In this document: positions 10,405 through 19,346 of the stretch, one piece after another | How the letters are laid out: every line of letters begins with the position of its first letter | How positions within the stretch are numbered: position 1 is the stretch's first letter | From: Armatimonadota bacterium | GTDB lineage: Bacteria; Armatimonadota; SYMT01 | Direction: 5' to 3' | DNA: 64,000 nucleotides | NCBI GenBank assembly: GCA_041690135.1 | Contig: JAWLHY010000003.1 | Coordinates: forward strand, 192,001 to 256,000 | The notes under the pieces: generated by a model | What the model was told of the DNA's origin: nothing | The model's input: the letters and a program-made list of their open reading frames with translations, nothing else | Database searches by the model: none | Made by a program: the position numbers and the translations under genes

Positions 10405-10599
10405 GGATCGATTGTACCACACCGGATGGGAGATCTCACCACGGAGACACAGAGACACGGAGAGCACACGGAGAGAGTCAATCGTGATGGAGAGCTCTTG
10501 CAACCAACCGGGCAACAGGCACGCGGTAGCGGGCGATGTCATCTTGATTCGTCACCTACGTCCTCCTGACGCAAGCCCGCCCGCATGGGTGAAGGCTCT

Positions 10600-10729
10600 C
10601 CTTACGACCCTGCCCCCGCTTCCCGTCTCGCCAACCCTGCCTCCGTCCAGGGCCTTTGTGTAGAGTCGCCGATTGCATCGGCACCTTGCGACCCTGCTCC
10701 CGCTTCCCGGCCCGCCAACCCCGCCCCCG
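10600..10729 (+). repeat. Two imperfect 46-bp direct repeats, 84-bp period
   Basis: 10600..10645 vs 10684..10729, 6 mismatches. Confidence 0.8.
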
Positions 10730-10868
10730 GCTCCGGGCACGATCCCGGAATACAATCCTGGACCTATGGCTGAAGGTACGACCGTCGCGAACTCCGTGGT
10801 GAACGGCGGCGACAGCGGTACAATTGGGGTAGCGGACCGCCACGAGCAGTGAGGACGGAGGGAATCGG

Positions 10869-11087
10869 ATGACACAAACAGCGGAGCCGGTCATCAGCCC
10901 CGCGCCACAGTCGCGCGAGCCACTATTCCGGGAGATTACTCTCCGGAACTTCCTCTCCTTCGGCCCGGATACCGACTAGCAAACCAAGATGCGTCGCCTG
11001 GACGAGGATGAACTCTCCCACTGGCTGAAGAAATACCGGCTGGGTGAGCTCTGGACCAGTGGCGAACTGGGCGGCAAGCGCTGGTGA
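10869..11087 (+). pseudogene. Internally deleted AAA/ABC ATPase (COG4637/AAA_21-like) remnant
   Basis: GGAGG RBS, ATG 10869; reads MTQTAEPVISPAPQSREPLFREITLRNFLSFGPDTD*QTKMRRLDEDELSHWLKKYRLGELWTSGELGGKRW*, i.e. family-like N- and C-termini joined in frame with no Walker motifs. Confidence 0.75.
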
Positions 11088-11115
11088 AGGTGACGAACTT
11101 TTTCGAGGGTAGTTG

Positions 11116-12417
11116 ATGTCTTTTGAGATCGAATCGCCGGAGCGCCGGCGGGTGTTACTGGCCGGCCTAGGCCTGGCGGGGCTCGCGATAACAGGAGCCG
11201 TACCCGGCCGGAGCGCGGAAACAAGCAGCACAGGCTGGCAGCCGGACCCGAAGCTGCAGGCGGACCTGGAGCGGCGAAAGGTATCGTGGCTGTACCGGGA
11301 AGAAGGGGTGCCGAGCTACACCCTGCCGGACCCGCTGCTCTGCGCCGACGGCGCCCGCGTGAAGAACCGGCGGGAGTGGGAGCGGAAACGCCGCCCGGAG
11401 ACGCTGGAGCTGTTCCGGGAGCACGTCTACGGGCGGTCCCCCGGCAAGCCCGCCGACGTGCGGTTCGAAGTGCTGGAAACGGATCCCCAGGCGCTGGAAG
11501 GGAAAGCGACCCGGAAGCGAGTGAAGATCACTACCACGGATGCCGGGAAGGCGTTCGCGTTCGAGACGTCGCTCCTCGTTCCCAATATCCGCAAGGGACG
11601 GGTGCCGGCGTTCATCCTGATCAACAACCGCGGGGTGAGCAGCGCCGATCCCACCCGCCAGCAGAAGGACGGCTTCTGGCCCGCCGAGGAGATCATCGCC
11701 CGCGGCTATGCAACCGCCGTGTTCCGAACCAACGACGTCGATCCGGACAGCAAGGATGAGACGCTCCGACCGAAAGGAGTCCGTGGGGTATGGCCCGCAG
11801 GCAGCGGCACGCCGGGCGAGGACGCCTGGGCGACGCTGGGCGCGTGGGCCTGGGCCGCAAGCCGCGTGCTGGACTACCTCCTGACGGAGCCCGCCATCAA
11901 CGGCAAGCGGGTCGCGGTGATCGGACACTCGCGCGGCGGCAAGACCGCGCTCTGGGCGGGGGCGCAAGACGAACGGTTCGCCCTGGTGATCTCCAACGAC
12001 TCCGGCTGCGGCGGCGCTGCTCTCAGCCGACGCAAGTTCGGGGAGACGGTGGCGGTCATCAACCGCAGCTTCCCCTACTGGTTCAACGGCAACTTCAAGA
12101 AGTACAACAGCCGGGAAGCGGAGCTCCCTATCGACCAGCACCAGTTGATGGCCCTGATCGCCCCCCGGGCCCTCTACGTCGCCAGTGCCGACGCCGACCT
12201 CTGGGCCGATCCGCGCGGCGAGTTCCTGTCGCTGGCACACGCCTCTCCCGTCTTCGGCCTCTACAGAAACCCACCGGTGAAGCCGGACGAAATGCCACCG
12301 CTCGACGCCCCGCTGGTCCGCGGCCGGGTCGGGTACCACGTCCGCAGGGGCATCCACAACCTCACGCCCTACGACTGGGAGCAGTACATGAACTTCGCCG
12401 ACCGTCTCTGGCGGTAG
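11116..12417 (+). CDS. CE15-like glucuronoyl/acetylxylan esterase with Tat signal
   Basis: ERRRVLL signal; YTLPDPL, WAWAASRVLDYL, GHSRGGK (catalytic Ser), DLWADPRGE, HNLTPYDW. Confidence 0.88.
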   Translation: MSFEIESPERRRVLLAGLGLAGLAITGAVPGRSAETSSTGWQPDPKLQADLERRKVSWLYREEGVPSYTLPDPLLCADGARVKNRREWERKRRPETLELFREHVYGRSPGKPADVRFEVLETDPQALEGKATRKRVKITTTDAGKAFAFETSLLVPNIRKGRVPAFILINNRGVSSADPTRQQKDGFWPAEEIIARGYATAVFRTNDVDPDSKDETLRPKGVRGVWPAGSGTPGEDAWATLGAWAWAASRVLDYLLTEPAINGKRVAVIGHSRGGKTALWAGAQDERFALVISNDSGCGGAALSRRKFGETVAVINRSFPYWFNGNFKKYNSREAELPIDQHQLMALIAPRALYVASADADLWADPRGEFLSLAHASPVFGLYRNPPVKPDEMPPLDAPLVRGRVGYHVRRGIHNLTPYDWEQYMNFADRLWR

Positions 12418-12440
12418 GTGTATGTTCCACGGATACCCGG

Positions 12441-13055
12441 TTATGGGATGCGCCTGGCGAGCGTGGAACCCGGGTCGTAGATCTCGATGAAGCTGTTGGG
12501 GGCGAGCAGGTCGCAGAAGAAGACGAAGCAATAACCGCCACCCGGCACGGCTGACTGGTAGCGAATTCCCTGTGCGGTAGCCGAGTCACAGACGGCCTGT
12601 CCCAACGATTGCGTCGGAGACAGGTTCCCAGCCGCCTGGAAGAGGCGGTACGGGCTGGCAAGCTCTGCCCGATTAGTCCCGAGGTTCGCCTGGACCGTCG
12701 GGTCGGACACGTCCAGGACTCGTTCAGCTTCCACTCTTGCCGTAAAGAGGACCGTTGCCGGTGGTCCAGGTACGGCCGCGGGATTGATCTGCTGAACCGC
12801 CAGATAGGCCTGATTCGCTTCCAGGTCGGCGGTCTGGCGGTCCTCTGCAAAGTAGATGGACGGCATCCCCCCGAGCGGGGTAAACCGGGCGCCCTTCCTG
12901 GGAGCTCCCTCGCAGAACAGGGGGTTCGGCGCGTAGACAACGGGGCTTCCTACCCCGTGGAGTGCCGCGTAATTGATGGCGCGATACAACGTGCCACGAA
13001 ACGGCTGGACGGGGAGACGGGGCAAGACCTTAAGGAGTTCCGGATAGGCTAGCAT
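12441..13055 (-). CDS. RES-domain toxin (NAD+ phosphorylase/mART family)
   Basis: LYRA, GARFTP, IYFAED..A..EA, VLDVSDP, TQSLG, GIRYQSA: the R, E and S residues are present. Confidence 0.88.
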   Translation of the reverse strand: MLAYPELLKVLPRLPVQPFRGTLYRAINYAALHGVGSPVVYAPNPLFCEGAPRKGARFTPLGGMPSIYFAEDRQTADLEANQAYLAVQQINPAAVPGPPATVLFTARVEAERVLDVSDPTVQANLGTNRAELASPYRLFQAAGNLSPTQSLGQAVCDSATAQGIRYQSAVPGGGYCFVFFCDLLAPNSFIEIYDPGSTLARRIP

Positions 13056-13849
13056 CAGGCCGGTTGACCCACGAGCAAGTCTTCCAGCAACTCCGCTACC
13101 ACTTCTCCCTGGCCGGAAGCAAGCAACTCGATTGGGGTCTTGCCGTCCAACTGCGGATTACGGACGTTGAGCCAGATGCGAAGCCCCTCCCGGGTCCCCA
13201 CCAGATGCCGTAATGCCGTGGCAATCCGCTCGAAGAGTGCCAGGCCCTTCTGCAGGCCGGGCGCGTCGGGGGTCTTCGAAACAGTCTGCGGATTCCGGCC
13301 CAGCAACATGGCGATACGACGCACCGGGAGACCAAACAGCTCGCTCACCCTGCGAGCGTCCAGCCGCCCACTCTCTGGATTGTGCAGGTCGAAAGCCACG
13401 TGTTCCAGCGGAGGATTGCCGACCGCTGGAACCGGACCTTGATTCCCAACAGGTTCCCGATGCTCGCGCTGCCGGGCTCCCAGGAGGCGATCTACCCGGT
13501 ACACAAGTTCCTCGAAATCCAGGGGGGATCGGACAAAGTCGGTGGCCGGCTCCTCGATAATCTCTGCCAGGCTTTCGTCCTTCAGGTCAGCTTCGAGGAT
13601 CAACATCGGCAGATCCGGCTGACGAACCTGGACCTCTCGGAGCGCGCGACGCGATTCCCCACTGGCCAGCTTGCTCCAATCCCACAGGACCATATCCACG
13701 GCGCCCAGCGTGCTGGCCCACTCGCGGTTCACCAGTGCCGGGGGCCGTACATATACCGATGTCGAATGCCAACGGCTTTCGAGGCGCCGGATCAGGTCCA
13801 GGTCGTCATCTACCAGGAGAAAGGTAAGCCCCTGTGCTGTTCCAGCCAT
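13055..13849 (-). CDS. Xre/MbcA/ParS-type antitoxin with N-terminal atypical receiver domain
   Basis: FLLVDDD...VLWD...DFVRSP receiver fold; HTH-like middle; C-terminal WLNVRNPQLDGKTPIELL; TGATG coupling to the RES gene. Confidence 0.85.
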   Translation of the reverse strand: MAGTAQGLTFLLVDDDLDLIRRLESRWHSTSVYVRPPALVNREWASTLGAVDMVLWDWSKLASGESRRALREVQVRQPDLPMLILEADLKDESLAEIIEEPATDFVRSPLDFEELVYRVDRLLGARQREHREPVGNQGPVPAVGNPPLEHVAFDLHNPESGRLDARRVSELFGLPVRRIAMLLGRNPQTVSKTPDAPGLQKGLALFERIATALRHLVGTREGLRIWLNVRNPQLDGKTPIELLASGQGEVVAELLEDLLVGQPA

Positions 13850-14150
13850 GTGTCAACCTTTCGCGGAATTCCTCGGTCCCTGGAGAACTGTACACCCGAT
13901 TCTTACCCAATGGCAACTCCATGTCCACTTCGTGTCTCGCATTCCCCGGCCTCCTGCCGGCATTACGTTCAGAAGCGCCTCCGGAGGGGGCCCTATAAGG
14001 ATTCAACCGGTTCTTGAGGGGAAGATCAGATACCATATTCCGGTTCAGGGGTGGAACTCTCGCGGCCCCGGATCACGAATTTCACCCCGGTAGTACCCGC
14101 GGGAAGCCCCTCGGGGAGCGGGAAGGGACGTTGGGAAGGGCAGTACGCGG

Positions 14151-15221
14151 ATGGGTACCCAGACGGTTTACAACGTTAACATTATTTCGGACACGGTCCT
14201 GCCAACCCCCCGGGAGGTGATGAGCGGCCTTCCGCTGACGGAAGCGCTGCAGGACCGTCTGGTGGGGTACCGCATCGCCCTGCAGCGGATTCTCGACCGG
14301 GAGGACCCGCGCCTGTTTGTGGTGGTGGGGCCCTGCTCCATCCACGATCCGGAGTCCGCGCTGGAGTACGCCGGCCGCCTGGCTCGCCTCGCCGAAGAGG
14401 TGAAGGACAGCATGCTGCTGGTGATGCGCGTCTACTTCGAGAAGCCGCGCACCGTGGCCGGGTGGAAGGGCCTCATCAACGATCCCTACCTGGACGACTC
14501 GTTCCGCATCGAGGAAGGTCTGGTCCGCGCCCGCACCCTGCTCCTGCAGCTCGCCGAGCTGGGCCTGCCCGTGGCGACCGAGGCCCTCGACCCGATCACG
14601 CCCCAGTACCACGGCGACCTGATCTCCTGGACCGCCATCGGCGCCCGCACCACGGAGTCGCAGACGCACCGGGAGATGGCGAGCGGCCTTTCCACCCCCG
14701 TCGCATTCAAGAACGGCACCGACGGCAACATCGAGGTGGCGATCAACGCGATCCGCTCTTCATCCACGCCCCACCGTTTCCTCGGCATCAACGTGGACGG
14801 CCAGGTTTCCGTGTTCCACACCCGCGGCAACCGCTACGGGCACGTGATGCTCCGGGGCGGCAAGCAGCCGAACTACGACGCCGAAAGCGTCGCCGCCGTT
14901 GAGGCCCGCCTGAAGGCCGCCGGTCTCCCGGCGAACATTACCGTGGACTGCAGCCACGGCAACTCCTCCAAGGACCACCGCCGTCAGCCCCTCGTTTTTC
15001 GGGATTGCGTGGACCAGATCCTCGCCGGAAACCGCTCGATCGTCGGCCTGATGCTGGAGAGCCACCTCTCCGAAGGCCGCCAGGACATCCCGGCGGACAA
15101 GTCGGAGCTGAAGTACGGAGTCTCCGTCACCGACGCCTGCATCGACTGGGAAACCACCGCGGAGCTGCTCCGCGAAGCGCACCAGAAGCTCGCTCCGGTG
15201 GTCGCCGCCCGACGGAAGTAA
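14151..15221 (+). CDS. aroG: 3-deoxy-7-phosphoheptulonate (DAHP) synthase, class I alpha (AroF/G/H type)
   Basis: GPCSIHD, MRVYFEKPRT, GWKGLINDP, IGARTTESQTHRE, VDCSHGNS, YGVSVTDAC. The isoform name is uncertain. Confidence 0.93.
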   Translation: MGTQTVYNVNIISDTVLPTPREVMSGLPLTEALQDRLVGYRIALQRILDREDPRLFVVVGPCSIHDPESALEYAGRLARLAEEVKDSMLLVMRVYFEKPRTVAGWKGLINDPYLDDSFRIEEGLVRARTLLLQLAELGLPVATEALDPITPQYHGDLISWTAIGARTTESQTHREMASGLSTPVAFKNGTDGNIEVAINAIRSSSTPHRFLGINVDGQVSVFHTRGNRYGHVMLRGGKQPNYDAESVAAVEARLKAAGLPANITVDCSHGNSSKDHRRQPLVFRDCVDQILAGNRSIVGLMLESHLSEGRQDIPADKSELKYGVSVTDACIDWETTAELLREAHQKLAPVVAARRK

Positions 15222-15917
15222 AGGCGCGCGCCGGACTCACCCCGAGCTGAACCTCGGGGCTCAAATACGGATCGGCTGCAGTTGCACTGCAGCCGGAACA
15301 CTTCGTGCGCAGGCATACGCCCGTACGGGTTGCACTGCGCCGCTCCCGTCCTGATCTGGCAGTGGCGACCCGGGCGACCAGGGGCGCCTGTTGCACCACA
15401 CATCGCTGCGGTGCAACCCGCCACCCCTTCGGGGTACCCGGCGTACGCTTGCGGGCCAGAGCCATTCGCGGGCAGCCTAACTGCCCACGATCGGATCTAC
15501 CCAGTAGCGCTCCCTTGGGGGAATGATCCAGGCGGGTAATCCAAGCGGGTCGCCCTCGGCATTGGGTGCCGCAGCAGGTTCTGCAAAGCGGGCGAACGGG
15601 GGCGAAGGTCGCGATGCGGAGACCAGGGGGATTGCCCTAGCTTCGCCGGGTAAACTCGCACTCGCTAAGGGACTGCTCAACAATATCCGCTACAGTTGGG
15701 CGAGTGACGACCCACAAGTGGGTGCCCCGGCTACACACGGCGAAGCCGACACCCCCACGGGGCGTAAACCTCCGTCGGCTGGGAACCACGTAGCCGTTAT
15801 TCCTTGACGGGTCCTAAGTGGTGCATCTAGCAAGTGGCGATCAGATTCGCACGTCGCTGAAACACGTCCGGCGGCTTAGGTTGGGACTCGTCCGGCAAGC
15901 CTGCTAAAGCGGCACTT

Positions 15918-16066
15918 GTAGGGAACGTCTCGCCGCAGCGTTCCGCCGTTGTGGAAGGTGATGCCGTCCTGCCAACTCGTTGCGGTTCGCGCCCAAGACC
16001 GGTCCGGGTTGGCACAACCGCTTCAGCTTCACCGATTGCGGAATGGAGCGGCGTCACATTCCCTAC
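15918..16066. repeat. REPIN/MITE-like element with GTAGGGAA...TTCCCTAC inverted ends, copy 1
   Basis: Its reverse complement aligns end to end with 39875..40022. Confidence 0.85.
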
Positions 16067-16109
16067 TGTACGGGCGTGTCAGGCCGTTCTGACTTCTGGT
16101 ACTGAGTCC

Positions 16110-16328
16110 TCAGGAACGGCCCGTCTGGAGCGCCCGTGCGGCCTCGTGAACCAGTTCATCGAGGCCAGGGCCGCCGGCTTCCAGGTACTCCAGGAGCTGG
16201 CGGCGCATGCGGGGCTCCCAGAACTTTGCGAAGTGGTCCGCGATGCCGGCGACCGCTTCTTCGTGGGGATAGGCCGCGAAGTACCGGGCGATCGAGTTCG
16301 CCTTGTGGACCATCACCGAAGGCTCCAT
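16110..16328 (-). CDS. fdsD: NAD-dependent formate dehydrogenase delta subunit
   Basis: KANSIARYF...IADHFAKFWEPRMR; lies directly after fdsA. Confidence 0.9.
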   Translation of the reverse strand: MEPSVMVHKANSIARYFAAYPHEEAVAGIADHFAKFWEPRMRRQLLEYLEAGGPGLDELVHEAARALQTGRS

Positions 16329-16331
16329 CGT

Positions 16332-19310
16332 TTACCCCTGTGTCCTCGCCGGCTCTTTCGTTCCGATGGTCACCGCGGGTGCGCCGGCCCCGTGGCTCCC
16401 GTTCTTTCCGTTGCCGCCGTTCGGGTGATTGCCGTTGCTGCCGTTGCTCCCCTCGCTTCCACTGCTCCCAGGGGCCGCATCCGCCGCTAACTGCGTCGTG
16501 CGGCGACGCTGCTCCTGGTACTCGGTTTGCCAGGCCGAGGGCTGGTGGGTCTTGCGCACCTGGACGGCCGTGACCTTGTACTCGGGACAGTCGGTGGCCC
16601 AGTCGGTAAACTCGGTGGTGACCACGTTGGCCGCCGTCTTCGGGTGGTGGAAGGTGGTGTAGACGATCCCCGGCTGCATCCGGTCGGAGATCCGGGCGTG
16701 CAGGGTGGTTTCCCCGGCCCGGCTGCACAGCGCCACCAGGTCGCCGTCCTGGATGCCGCGCACTTCGGCGTCCCAGGGATGGATCTCCAGCACGTCCTCA
16801 CTGTGCCACACCTCGTTGGCGGTGCGGCGGGTCTGGGCCCCCACGTTGTACTGGGAGAGAATCCGGCCCGTGGTAAGCAGCAGCGGGAAGCGCGAGGTGG
16901 TCCGCTCTTCGGTGGGGACGTACTGGGTGATCATAAAGCGCCCCTTGCCGCGGACGAAACCGTCCACGTGCATCACGGGCGTGCCTTCCGGGGCCTGGTC
17001 GTTACAGGGCCACTGCACGCTGCCCAGGCGGTCCAGCTTCTCGTAGGTGACCCCGGCGAAGGTGGGGGTGAGCCGGGCGATTTCATCCATGATCTCGGAT
17101 GGATGCCGGTACTGCATCGGGTAGCCGAGGGCGTTGGAGAGCGCCATGGTGATCTCCCAGTCGGCCATCCCGTTGCGCGGCGGCATCACCTTCCGCACCC
17201 GGCCCAGGCGCCGCTCCGCGTTGGTGAAGGTGCCGTCCTTCTCCAGGAAGGAGGAGCCGGGCAGGAACACGTGCGCGAAGCCTGCCGTCTCGTTCAGGAA
17301 CAAGTCCTGGACGACCACGCACTCCATGGCGGACATGGCGGCGGTCACGTGGCGGGTGTTGGGATCGGACTGCACCACGTCTTCTCCCTGGACGTAGAGG
17401 CCCTTGAAGGTACCCGCCATCGCGGCATCGAACATGTTGGGGATGCGCAGGCCCGGCTCGCGCTCGAGCGGCACTCCCCACAGCGCCTCGAACGACTCCC
17501 GCACCGCCGTGTCGCTCACGTGACGGTAGCCGGGGAACTCGTGCGGGAAGGAGCCCATGTCGCAGGACCCCTGCACGTTGTTCTGGCCCCGCAGGGGGTT
17601 CACGCCGGTCCCCAGCTTGCCGATGTTGCCCGTAAGCATCGCCAGGTTGGCCATACCCATCACCATCGTGGAGCCCTGGCTGTGCTCCGTTACGCCCAGA
17701 CCGTAGTAGATGGCCGCGTTCCCGCCGGTGGCGTAAAGGCGGGCGGCGCCGCGCAGGTCGGCGGCGGGGACGCCGGTGATCGCTTCCATCGCCTCGGGCG
17801 AGTTGGCCGGGTCGGAGATGAAGGCGAGCCAGCGGTCGAACGCTTCCGCCTCGCACCGCTCCCGGATGAACTCCAGGTTGGCCAGCCCCTCGGTCACCAC
17901 CGTGTGGGCGATGGCGTTGATGGCGGCAACGTTGGTGCCGGGCCGGAGCGCCAGGTGGTAGTCCGCCCGGATGTGCGGCTGCTGCACCAGGTCGATCCGG
18001 CGGGGATCGATCACGATGAGGCGAGCCCCCGCGCGCAGACGGTGCTTCATGTGCGAGGCGAATACGGGGTGCGCGTCCGTAGGGTTGGCGCCGATGACCA
18101 CGATCACGTCGGCGTGATCCACCGAATCAAAATGCTGCGTGCCGGCGGAGGTGCCGAAGGTCGCCTTGAGGCCGTAGCCGGTGGGCGAGTGGCAGACCCG
18201 GGCGCAGGTGTCCACGTTGTTGTTGCCGAAGGCGGCGCGGACCAGCTTCTGGACCAGGTACGTCTCTTCGTTCGTGCAGCGGGAGGAGGTGATGCCCCCG
18301 ACCGCATCCCGGCCGTACTGCTCCTGGATGCGCCGGAACTCCGCGGCCGCGTAGCCGATGGCCTCTTCCCAGCTCACCTCCCGCCAGGGGTCCGTGATCT
18401 TCCGGCGGATCATGGGCTTGAGGATCCGCTCCCGGTGGGTGGCGTAGCCCCAGGCGAAGCGCCCCTTCACGCAGGAGTGCCCGTGGTTCGCCTGCCCGTC
18501 CTTGTACGGCACCATCCGCACCACTTCGTTGCTCTGCATCTCGGCCTTGAAGGTGCAGCCGACCCCGCAGTAGGCGCAGGTCGTGACGACGCTGTGCTCC
18601 GGCTGGCCCTTCTCGACGACGGACTTCTCGATGAGGGTAGCGGTCGGGCAGGCCTGCACGCAGGCGCCGCACGAGACGCACTCCGAGTTGAGGAACGGCT
18701 GCCCGCCGGGCGAGATCTTCGATTGGAAGCCCCGGCCGAGCACCGTGAGGGCGAAGGTCCCCTGTACTTCCTCGCAGGCGCGCACGCAGCGGGAGCAGAC
18801 GATGCACTTGGCGGGATCGAAGGTGAAGTAGGGGTTCGACTCGTCTTTCGGCTCTTCCAGGTGGTTGGCGCCGGCGTAGCCGTACCGCACTTCCCGCAGG
18901 CCCACCACCCCCGCCATATCTTGCAGCTCGCAGTCGCCGTTGGCGGGGCAGGTGAGACAATCGAGCGGGTGGTCGGAGATGTAGAGCTCCATCACGCCGC
19001 GGCGGAGGCGGGCGAGCCGTTCGGAGCGGGTGCGCACCTGCATGCCCGCCTCCACCGGCGTGGTGCAGGAAGCGGGAGTGCCGCGGCGACCTTCGATCTC
19101 GACCAGGCAAAGACGACAGGAACCGAACGGCTCCAGGCTATCGGTCGCACAGAGCTTCGGGATCTGCGTGCCGGCCACCATTGCCGCGCGCATCACCGAT
19201 GTGCCGGAAGGAACCGTCACCTCCTGGCCGTCGATGGAGAGCGTGACCCAGGCGCCGGGGACCGCTCCCCGGGGCGGGGTGCCGAAATCGGTTTCCTTAA
19301 TCAGCGTCAT
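16332..19310 (-). CDS. fdsA: NAD-dependent formate dehydrogenase alpha subunit (Mo-bisPGD, Cys ligand)
   Basis: N-terminal Fe-S motifs (CRLC, HPLDCLTC, CIVCSRC), CAYCGVGC, CARVCHSP, RGQNNVQG, molybdopterin-dinucleotide C-terminus. Confidence 0.96.
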   Translation of the reverse strand: MTLIKETDFGTPPRGAVPGAWVTLSIDGQEVTVPSGTSVMRAAMVAGTQIPKLCATDSLEPFGSCRLCLVEIEGRRGTPASCTTPVEAGMQVRTRSERLARLRRGVMELYISDHPLDCLTCPANGDCELQDMAGVVGLREVRYGYAGANHLEEPKDESNPYFTFDPAKCIVCSRCVRACEEVQGTFALTVLGRGFQSKISPGGQPFLNSECVSCGACVQACPTATLIEKSVVEKGQPEHSVVTTCAYCGVGCTFKAEMQSNEVVRMVPYKDGQANHGHSCVKGRFAWGYATHRERILKPMIRRKITDPWREVSWEEAIGYAAAEFRRIQEQYGRDAVGGITSSRCTNEETYLVQKLVRAAFGNNNVDTCARVCHSPTGYGLKATFGTSAGTQHFDSVDHADVIVVIGANPTDAHPVFASHMKHRLRAGARLIVIDPRRIDLVQQPHIRADYHLALRPGTNVAAINAIAHTVVTEGLANLEFIRERCEAEAFDRWLAFISDPANSPEAMEAITGVPAADLRGAARLYATGGNAAIYYGLGVTEHSQGSTMVMGMANLAMLTGNIGKLGTGVNPLRGQNNVQGSCDMGSFPHEFPGYRHVSDTAVRESFEALWGVPLEREPGLRIPNMFDAAMAGTFKGLYVQGEDVVQSDPNTRHVTAAMSAMECVVVQDLFLNETAGFAHVFLPGSSFLEKDGTFTNAERRLGRVRKVMPPRNGMADWEITMALSNALGYPMQYRHPSEIMDEIARLTPTFAGVTYEKLDRLGSVQWPCNDQAPEGTPVMHVDGFVRGKGRFMITQYVPTEERTTSRFPLLLTTGRILSQYNVGAQTRRTANEVWHSEDVLEIHPWDAEVRGIQDGDLVALCSRAGETTLHARISDRMQPGIVYTTFHHPKTAANVVTTEFTDWATDCPEYKVTAVQVRKTHQPSAWQTEYQEQRRRTTQLAADAAPGSSGSEGSNGSNGNHPNGGNGKNGSHGAGAPAVTIGTKEPARTQG

Positions 19311-19346
19311 TGCAGATTCCTCTCTCCCAGCCCGATCCGGACCCGG

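Noticed and set aside
10600-10729. Repeat-spacer-repeat as a mini CRISPR array
   Set aside because: Only two units with 6 mismatches, no palindrome, and no cas genes in the window.
13850-14150. Possible ncRNA or attenuator upstream of the DAHP synthase
   Set aside because: No aromatic-codon leader peptide, T-box motif or recognisable RNA family was seen.
15665-15817. Possible IS5-like MITE bounded by CTAA duplications
   Set aside because: The terminal inverted repeats match only weakly and no second copy was seen.
16332-19310. Selenocysteine recoding in the FDH alpha subunit
   Set aside because: The ORF is uninterrupted and the active-site residue is Cys (CARVCH).
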